Assembly (NCBI GenBank): GCA_038211425.1
Contig: JBBQVQ010000004.1
Span: forward strand, 6,591 to 70,590
Direction: 5' to 3'
Source: Candidatus Limnocylindria bacterium
Lineage (GTDB): Bacteria; Chloroflexota; Limnocylindria; P2-11E
Length of the DNA stretch: 64,000 bases
Notes under the pieces: model-generated
What the model was told of the DNA's origin: nothing
What the model saw: only the letters and a program-made list of their open reading frames with translations
The model's database searches: none
In this document: positions 56,350-64,000 of the stretch, piece by piece
Numbering within the stretch: position 1 is the stretch's first letter
How the letters are laid out: each line of letters opens with the position of its first letter
Position numbers and translations under genes: made by a program

Positions 56350-57351
56350 ATGACCACCATCCTCAGCATCGAGACGAGCTGCGACGAGACCGGCGTCGCG
56401 GTCATCGACGATGGCCGGCGGATCCGGGCCAACCTCGTCGCATCGCAGGCCGCGCACGTCACGACCGGCGGGATCGTCCCCGAGGTGGCCGCGCGCGAGC
56501 ACCTTCGCGTCCTCGATCCGCTGGTCTCGCGATCGCTCGCGGCGTCGGGCCTCTCCCTCCGCGAGGTCGATGCCGTCGCCGCCACGGTCGGCCCCGGGCT
56601 GATGGGCTGCCTGCTGGTGGGCGCCAACTACGCCCGCGGGCTCGCGTTCGCGGCGGGGCTGCGCTTCGTCGGCGTCAATCACCTTGAGGGGCACGTCTAC
56701 GCGAACTGGTTGTACGAGTCCGATCCCGCGCCGGCCGAGCCGGAGCTCCCCGCGGTCGTGCTCGTGGTCAGCGGCGCACACAGCGATCTTGCGCTCATGG
56801 AGGACCATCGCCGCTTCCGGCGCCTCGGCCGCACGATCGACGACGCGGCCGGGGAGGCGTTCGACAAGGTGGCGCGCCTGCTCGGGCTCGGCTTCCCCGG
56901 TGGACCGGAGATCGAGCGAGTTGCGCGCACAGGTGACCCGACCGCCTATCCGCTGCCCCGCGCCGTCGTGCCCGGACGGTATGACTTCTCGTTCTCCGGA
57001 CTCAAGACCGCGGTCCTCCGGCTCGTCCGCGCGCTCGAACGCGCGGGCGAGATCCCGGTGGCCGACGTCGCGGCGTCGTTCCAACGGGCCATCACCGAGT
57101 CGCTCGCGGAGAAGACCGCCCGGGCCGCGGCGGAGCATCGCGTCCGAACGGTGATGCTCGGGGGCGGGGTCGCGGCGAACGGACCTCTTCGCGCCGAGAT
57201 CGAGCGACGGATCGCCCAGCCGCTGCGCGTCCCGACGCCCCGCCTCTGCACCGACAATGGCGCGATGATCGGGGCGGCCGCTTTCAGGGCACTGAGCGAC
57301 GTCCCCAGCGAGCTGCTCGAGGACGTCCGTCCCGACCTCCCGCTCGCATGA
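56350..57351 (+). CDS. tsaD: tRNA N6-adenosine threonylcarbamoyltransferase
   Basis: ILSIETSCDETGVAV and VSGGVAAN, the Kae1/TsaD signature. Confidence 0.85.
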   Translation: MTTILSIETSCDETGVAVIDDGRRIRANLVASQAAHVTTGGIVPEVAAREHLRVLDPLVSRSLAASGLSLREVDAVAATVGPGLMGCLLVGANYARGLAFAAGLRFVGVNHLEGHVYANWLYESDPAPAEPELPAVVLVVSGAHSDLALMEDHRRFRRLGRTIDDAAGEAFDKVARLLGLGFPGGPEIERVARTGDPTAYPLPRAVVPGRYDFSFSGLKTAVLRLVRALERAGEIPVADVAASFQRAITESLAEKTARAAAEHRVRTVMLGGGVAANGPLRAEIERRIAQPLRVPTPRLCTDNGAMIGAAAFRALSDVPSELLEDVRPDLPLA

Positions 57352-57782
57352 CCACGCTCGACCTGGTGGCGCTCCTCGACGAGGCCAACGCCATCGCGTC
57401 GCACCCGGACAACGGCACCGACATCGCCGCTCTCTGCCTGCGCATCCTCTCCGCCGCCTCGAGTAGCCCCGAGGTGGCCGACGCGCTGCGCGATGTGCCC
57501 GCGGGCCGCGCACTCCTGCGCTTCACCGACACCGACGCGGCGATCGAGTTCGCGGCGGGGGAGGGCGCGGTCGGGGTACGCCCGGCGGACAAGCGCGGCA
57601 AGGGACCCAAGGTCGATGCCAGCAGCGCGACGTGGCTCGGGCTGTTCGGCGGAACGCTGCGGCCCTGGCTTGCTTTCACGCGCGGCGCGGTCGTCTGCCG
57701 CGCCGGTCTGACCGAGCTGCGCTGGATGCAGACGGTCGCCGAGCGCCTGCAGCGAGCGTATGCCGACGCCCGCCGAGCCTGA
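57348..57782 (+). CDS. Hypothetical protein, possible SCP2-like fold
   Basis: ATGA overlap with tsaD. About 144 aa. Weak resemblance to SCP2 sterol-carrier domains. Confidence 0.35.
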   Translation: MTTLDLVALLDEANAIASHPDNGTDIAALCLRILSAASSSPEVADALRDVPAGRALLRFTDTDAAIEFAAGEGAVGVRPADKRGKGPKVDASSATWLGLFGGTLRPWLAFTRGAVVCRAGLTELRWMQTVAERLQRAYADARRA

Positions 57783-57852
57783 TGCCCGTGGATCCGCGGC
57801 CCCTTCGGCCGCACCGACATCAAGTTCGAGTCGGCAACGGCCCGAGGGCAAC

Positions 57853-57882
57853 GGGGGGCGCCGAAGCCCCCCTCAAGCTTTG
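57853..57882 (+). terminator. Candidate intrinsic terminator after the tsa operon
   Basis: 7-bp G/C stem GGGGGGC-gccgaa-GCCCCCC followed by tcaagCTTTGT. A second weaker hairpin GCGGCC-ccttc-GGCCGC lies at 57796-57812. Confidence 0.35.
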
Positions 57883-57903
57883 TCAAGTTAGAGTCTTGCC
57901 GCC

Positions 57904-58689
57904 ATGAGCGAGGCGGCGCCAGACCCGCGGCGGCCGGGCGGGAGCGAACCATCAGCTCCCGACGAGCGCGTCAAGATCCATCGCACGGAGACCAAGACGA
58001 AGACGGCGGCCGAGGCGAAGCGGCAGGGACCGACCCTCGACGACGTGCGCGGCGACGAGCGCGTGAGAGTCTGGACGCGATCGGCGAATCAGCAAACAGG
58101 CGCCATCGGCTACACCGAGCACGGGGAGCGCCACGCGAACACGTGCGCCGACGGCGCTCGGTTCCTCCTGCGCTCCCTCGGCCACGAGCCGCGGAGGTGC
58201 GAGCTGGGAGCCGTCGCCGCGTATCTGCACGACATTGGCAACGTGATCACGCGCGAGAAGCACGGCCAGACCGGCGCGCTCCTGGCGAAGGACATCCTGC
58301 TGGATCTGCACTTCGGCTACGAAGAGGTCGCCGTCGTCATGGGCGCGATCGCGAACCACGAGGAGTCGGAGGGAGGGATGCCGGTCAGTGCGATCTCGGC
58401 GGCGGTCATCATCGCCGACAAGAGCGACGTGCATCGCAGCCGAGTGCGCAACCCGAAGAGCACCACGTTCGACATCCACGACCGGGTGAACTACGCGGCG
58501 ACATCATCCGAGATCAAGGTAAGCCGCAAGGAAAAGCTCATCACGCTGGAGCTCACCATCGACACCGACGTCGCGCCCCTCATGGAATACTTCGAGATCT
58601 TCCTCTCGCGAATGATGCTGTCGCGCCGCGCGGCAGAGTTCCTTCGTTGCAGCTTCGCGCTCGTCATCAATAACACGCGCCTCTTGTGA
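57904..58689 (+). CDS. HD-domain phosphohydrolase
   Basis: HGERHANTCADGARFLL...AAYLHDIGN, an HD motif. Confidence 0.55.
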   Translation: MSEAAPDPRRPGGSEPSAPDERVKIHRTETKTKTAAEAKRQGPTLDDVRGDERVRVWTRSANQQTGAIGYTEHGERHANTCADGARFLLRSLGHEPRRCELGAVAAYLHDIGNVITREKHGQTGALLAKDILLDLHFGYEEVAVVMGAIANHEESEGGMPVSAISAAVIIADKSDVHRSRVRNPKSTTFDIHDRVNYAATSSEIKVSRKEKLITLELTIDTDVAPLMEYFEIFLSRMMLSRRAAEFLRCSFALVINNTRLL

Positions 58690-59855
58690 GGCGCTGGGGC
58701 GCCAGGATCGAGCCGGTGGCCCCGGGGCACGCGTTGCACATCGCCTTCCTGACGGACGTGGCGCTTCCGTATGTTTCGGGCGTCACCGTGGCGGTGCAGG
58801 CCCAACGCGATGCGCTCACCGCCGGCGGGAGCGTCGTGACGGTCGTGGGGCCGCGCGGCGAGGTCGACCTGCCGCAGCCCGACATGCAGGTGCCGGGGGC
58901 ACCCCCGGGGTACCGCGTCGCGCTCTTCGGCCCGCGACTTCCCGCCGCCCTGCGCGCGCGGGGGGTCACGATGGTGCACGCCCACTCCGTCTTCGGTGCC
59001 TCGTGGGCAGCGCTCTCGGCAGCCCGCGCGCTCCGGGTACCGCTGGTCGTAACGGTGCACACCCGGTTCGAGGAGTACGCCCATTACACGAGGGCCGTGG
59101 CGCCGCTCGCACGAGCGCTGCTCACTCCCTATCTCGGTGCCGTGACCGCGGCCGCCGACGTGGTCATCGCTCCGTCCCGTGCCTTCGCCGAGGAGATCGC
59201 CGCGGCCCATCTTCCCCGGTCCCTCCGCGTGGTGCCTGCGCCGGTCGACCCCGCGTTCGGTGGTGGCGACGCAGCCCGGGGCCGCGCGGCGCTCGGAGTG
59301 CGGCCCGGCGTTCCCCTGCTGCTCTCGGTATCGCGCCTCGCCAAGGAAAAGCGCGTGCTCGACCTCGTCGAGATGCTGGCCGCGTCTGCGCATCCGGACG
59401 CGGTCCTCGCGTTCGCCGGCCGCGGACCGCTCGAGGGCGAGATCGCGTCCCTCGCCCAGCGGGCGGGCGTCGCGGGGCGGGTCCGCCTGGCCGGGCAGCT
59501 CGAGCAGGCGGCGCTGGCGGACGCGCTCGCGGCCGCCGACGTCGTTGTCAGCGCGTCGCGGAGCGAGACCCAGGGACTCGCGCTCTGCGAAGCCGCGGTC
59601 GCGGGCCGCGCCCTCCTCGCTCCGGATCGCGGCGGCTATGCGGAGGTCCTGTGCCATGGGGAAGGCGGACTCTTCCCGAGCGCGGCGCCGTCCGCGTCGG
59701 AGCTGGCGGAAAGCCTCGACACGCTCCTGGGCAACGCGCGCCGTCGCTCCTCCGTCGCGGCCGTCGCGCGCGAGCGCGCACGCGCATGGTCACCGAGCGT
59801 GGTTGCGGAAGGCCTCTGCGCCGCATACGCCGAAGCGGCCCTGATGCGAGAATGA
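58686..59855 (+). CDS. GT4-family glycosyltransferase
   Basis: GT-B fold: HAHSVFG; C-terminal EXFG-like region SRSETQGLALCEAAVAGRALL. GTGA overlap with the upstream stop. Confidence 0.75.
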   Translation: MRRWGARIEPVAPGHALHIAFLTDVALPYVSGVTVAVQAQRDALTAGGSVVTVVGPRGEVDLPQPDMQVPGAPPGYRVALFGPRLPAALRARGVTMVHAHSVFGASWAALSAARALRVPLVVTVHTRFEEYAHYTRAVAPLARALLTPYLGAVTAAADVVIAPSRAFAEEIAAAHLPRSLRVVPAPVDPAFGGGDAARGRAALGVRPGVPLLLSVSRLAKEKRVLDLVEMLAASAHPDAVLAFAGRGPLEGEIASLAQRAGVAGRVRLAGQLEQAALADALAAADVVVSASRSETQGLALCEAAVAGRALLAPDRGGYAEVLCHGEGGLFPSAAPSASELAESLDTLLGNARRRSSVAAVARERARAWSPSVVAEGLCAAYAEAALMRE

Positions 59856-60349
59856 CCGAATATCCGCCCGAAGGAGTACCCATGGCCGCTGCACGCCTCC
59901 GCTCGCGCCGCGCAGGCCGGGTGAGGACGGCGATCGCCGCAGGAGGGGTGGTGCTGCGCGACGCAGCGGATGGCCTGGAGGTCGCCCTCGCGGGTCGCCG
60001 AAGCGACGGCTCGTGGGTGTTTCCCAAAGGGACCCCGGACGGAGGCGAGTCGATCGAAGAGACCGCCCTCCGAGAGGTGGAGGAGGAGACCGGGCTGAAG
60101 GTGCGGATTTCGGCCCCGATCGGGGCGATGGAGTACTGGTTCGCCGCATCGGGCGAGCGGGTCCACAAGTACGTGCACTTCTACCTCATGGAGCCGGTCG
60201 GCGGTGACGTGTCGCTCCACGACCACGAATACGACGAGGTCCGCTGGATCGCGGTCGCGGAGGCGCGACGCCTGCTCTCGTTCGAGACCTACCGGGATGT
60301 GCTCGACCGCGCTCTCGCGGCCCGCGGCGAGAGCGCACGCGCCTCTTGA
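59852..60349 (+). CDS. NUDIX hydrolase
   Basis: Nudix box GGESIEETALREVEEETGL. ATGA overlap with the GT4 gene. Confidence 0.75.
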   Translation: MTEYPPEGVPMAAARLRSRRAGRVRTAIAAGGVVLRDAADGLEVALAGRRSDGSWVFPKGTPDGGESIEETALREVEEETGLKVRISAPIGAMEYWFAASGERVHKYVHFYLMEPVGGDVSLHDHEYDEVRWIAVAEARRLLSFETYRDVLDRALAARGESARAS

Positions 60350-61461
60350 CCACGCAGACGCTACGGCGATCGCCGCTGCATGAGGAGCACGTGGCTCTCG
60401 GCGCGAAGATGGTCCCCTTCGCCGGCTTCGAGATGCCCATCCAGTACGCCGGCATCATCGCCGAGCACCGCGCAACGCGGAGTTCCGTCGGTCTATTCGA
60501 CCTGTCGCATATGGGTGAGCTTCAGGTGCATGGCCCCGACGCGGGTCCGGCGCTCGACCAGTTGGTATCCAGCGACATCGCCGGTCTGGATGAGGGGCAG
60601 GCGCGGTATGGGCTGCTGTGCAACGAGGGCGGAACGATCATCGACGACGTCATCGTGTACCGCGTCGCTGCCGACCTGTTCCTGGTGGTGGTGAACGCGT
60701 CGAATATCGCTAAGGACCGCGGCCACCTCGAGGCGCGGCTGCCTGCCGGCACCCGACTCGAGGACGCCTCGAGCGAGACCGCGTTGATCGCGGTCCAGGG
60801 CCCGCGATCGCCGGTGGTCCTTTCGGCCGTGACCGACCTCCCGGTGCGCGAGGCATCGATCGAGTCGCTTCCCGCCTTCGGCGTGACGGAGGCTCGCGTC
60901 GGCGGGGTGCGGGCGACGGTAGCGCGCACGGGATACACCGGGGAGGACGGTTTCGAGGTCTTCGTCCCCGGGGAGCGCGCCGCGCAGGTGTGGTCACGCC
61001 TCCTCGCCGCGGGAGGGTCGGCGGGCATCGTTCCGGTAGGTCTTGGCGCGCGCGACACGCTGCGGCTCGAAGCGCGCTTCTCGCTGTACGGAAACGAGAT
61101 CGACGAGACGACGAGCCCGATCGAGGCCGGGCTCGGATGGACGTGCAAGCTCGACAAGGAGTTCGTCGGCCGCGACGCCATCGCCGCCGCGAAAGCGGCC
61201 GGCCCACAGCGCCGGCTTGTCGGCCTGGTCGTGCAGGGAGGCGTCGCCCGCCACGGCCACGAGGTGACGGACGGGTCCGCGGGCGTCATCGGCCACGTGA
61301 CGAGCGGCACGTATGGGCCGACCGTCGAGAGGAACGTCGCTCTCGCGTACGTGCCGGTCGAGCGCTCGAAGATAGGTACGACGGTCGCCGTGCGCATCCG
61401 CGACCGGGAGATCCCGGCGGAGGTCGTTCGATTGCCCTTCTACAAGCGGCTGACGAAGTGA
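60346..61461 (+). CDS. gcvT: Glycine cleavage system aminomethyltransferase T protein
   Basis: RSPLHEEHVALGAKMVPFAGFEMPIQY... full-length GcvT. TTG 60346 overlaps the NUDIX stop (TTGA). Confidence 0.85.
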   Translation: MTTQTLRRSPLHEEHVALGAKMVPFAGFEMPIQYAGIIAEHRATRSSVGLFDLSHMGELQVHGPDAGPALDQLVSSDIAGLDEGQARYGLLCNEGGTIIDDVIVYRVAADLFLVVVNASNIAKDRGHLEARLPAGTRLEDASSETALIAVQGPRSPVVLSAVTDLPVREASIESLPAFGVTEARVGGVRATVARTGYTGEDGFEVFVPGERAAQVWSRLLAAGGSAGIVPVGLGARDTLRLEARFSLYGNEIDETTSPIEAGLGWTCKLDKEFVGRDAIAAAKAAGPQRRLVGLVVQGGVARHGHEVTDGSAGVIGHVTSGTYGPTVERNVALAYVPVERSKIGTTVAVRIRDREIPAEVVRLPFYKRLTK

Positions 61462-61564
61462 CCCTGAGCCGACCGGTGGGTGCGAGCAGTGGGAAGCACT
61501 CTTTCCTGGTCCCAGCGGGCGCGCGCCGGCGTTGGACCCGGCCTTGCCAACGGAAGGAATGGTG

Positions 61565-61971
61565 ATGGTCCCCGAAGATCTCCGCTACTCGAAGGAGCAT
61601 GAGTGGGTGCGCGAGGATGGTGATGTCGCGACGATCGGCATCACGGAGTTCGCCCAGGATCAGCTGGGCGACATCGTCTTCGTCGAGCTCCCCGAGAAGG
61701 GGGCGAACGTTCGCCAGTACTCGAGCCTCGGCGTCGTGGAATCGGTCAAGGCTGCCTCGGACATCTACGCGCCCGTCTCGGGCGAGGTCGTCGAACGCAA
61801 CGTGAAGGTCATCGAGAGCCCCGAGCTGGTGAACAGCTCGCCGTACGCTGACGGGTGGCTCCTCCGAGTGCGGCTGGCCGACAAGGCCGAGGTGCATGAG
61901 CTGCTCTCCGCGGCGGACTACCGCACCCACATCGGCGCGAGCGCGGACAGCGGAGCGGATTCAGGTCGCGG

Positions 61972-61975
<4 letters not shown>
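61565..61975 (+). CDS. gcvH: Glycine cleavage system H protein
   Basis: VPEDLRYSKEHEWV...lipoyl-lysine context ESVKAASD. Start ATG 61565 after GGAAGGAA (ATG 61559 is the alternative). Confidence 0.8.
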
Positions 61976-63323
<1,348 letters not shown>

Positions 63324-63327
<4 letters not shown>

Positions 63328-64000
63328 ACGCGCCGCCTCGCCTCGGACCCGACGCCGCCGAGCCGGCGCTCGAGCCGCTGCTCTTCGAGCTCGCCCGGTC
63401 CGGGCGCGGCGGAGGGCACGTCCGCGACGGCGACGCCGGTGCGCAGCAGCTGATCCCCGAACGCTTCCGGCGCCGCGAACCCCCCCGCCTTCCCGAGCTC
63501 GCCGAGCAGCAGGTGGTGCGGCACTACACGCACCTCGCCCAGCTGAACTACGCCGTGGATACGGGCTTCTACCCGCTCGGGTCGTGCACCATGAAGTACA
63601 ACCCGAAGATCAACGACCGCATCGCCGCGCTCCCGGGATTCGCCGACTTGCACCCGCTCCAGCCCGACGCTGACGCGCAGGGAGCGCTCCGTCTCACGTA
63701 CGAGCTCGGGCGACTGCTCGCGGGCATCACGGGCATGGCCGAGGTATCGCTACAGCCGGCCGCCGGCGCACACGCGGAGCTGACCGCCATCCTCATGTTC
63801 AAGGCGTACCACCGTGCGCGCGGGGACGATGGGCGGCGCCGCGTCATCGTTCCTGACTCCGCGCACGGTACGAACCCGGCGTCGGCCGCCCTCGGCGGCT
63901 TCGACGTGACCACGGTCCGCAGCGACGCACGCGGGAACGTCGACCTGGATGCGCTCCGCGCGGCCCTCGGGCCAGACGTGGTGGGGATGATGCTCACGAA
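63324..64000 (+). CDS. gcvPB: Glycine dehydrogenase (decarboxylating) subunit 2, 3'-truncated by window edge
   Basis: HYTHLAQLNYAVDTGFYPLGSCTMKYNPKIND...SAHGTNPASAA. GTG 63324 overlaps the gcvPA stop (GTGA). Confidence 0.8.

Noticed and set aside
57815-57835. tRNA-like T-loop sequence aGTTCGAGTCgg between the SCP2-like gene and the HD gene
   Set aside because: No complementary T-stem, acceptor stem or anticodon arm can be folded around it. The flanking sequence fits terminator hairpins instead.

Overview
High-GC (about 70%) chromosomal window from a Gram-positive-type bacterium. The lineage is not resolved: the gene content fits Actinobacteria, Chloroflexi or a high-GC Firmicute. Coding density is very high, almost all real genes are on the + strand after 18.4 kb, and most antisense ORFs in the six-frame track are GC-driven artefacts.

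Gene content in order:
- 0-5 kb: a cell-wall growth operon with FHA-domain regulators (yihY-like, fhaA, fhaB, rodA, pbpA). It lacks the PstP phosphatase and PknA/PknB kinases that normally sit in this operon.
- 5.2-9.6 kb: MoxR ATPase, DUF58 protein and a transglutaminase-domain membrane protein.
- 9.6-15.4 kb: YbaK deacylase, YdeI-like protein, SnoaL-like protein, then serC-like aminotransferase and serA on the minus strand, and rpe.
- 15.5-17.2 kb: a WxL-domain protein plus a CscA-like anchored surface protein.
- 17.4-18.5 kb: zincin-like metallopeptidase and a sigma-70 family factor.
- 20.3-47.1 kb: a very large acyl-CoA catabolic supercluster. It contains a MerR regulator, thiolase, hbd, three acyl-CoA dehydrogenases, EtfD-like Fe-S oxidoreductase, etfBA, two methylmalonyl-CoA-mutase-family large subunits, a separate B12-binding subunit, meaB, pccB, accC, BCCP and methylmalonyl-CoA epimerase. 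Metallo-beta-lactamase-fold hydrolases, a penicillin/AHL-acylase-type amidase and thiD are interspersed.
- 47.9-50.3 kb: two uncharacterised proteins.
- 50.5-52.2 kb: a frameshifted TetR gene with two small membrane proteins.
- 52.5-54.1 kb: thiE and thiL.
- 54.4-57.4 kb: the tsaE-tsaB-rimI-tsaD t6A operon.
- 57.9-64.0 kb: HD hydrolase, GT4 glycosyltransferase, NUDIX, and the split glycine-cleavage genes gcvT-gcvH-gcvPA-gcvPB (gcvPB is 3'-partial).

No tRNA, rRNA, CRISPR array or mobile element was seen.

Main observations:
- A WxL/Csc-type surface module in a high-GC genome.
- Recurring CTGA stop-start junctions and absent canonical starts (serA, meaB), suggesting CTG or non-canonical initiation by translational coupling.
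- Several small ORFs wedged between tightly coupled genes.
- An uncharacterised gene pair beside the B12-mutase genes.
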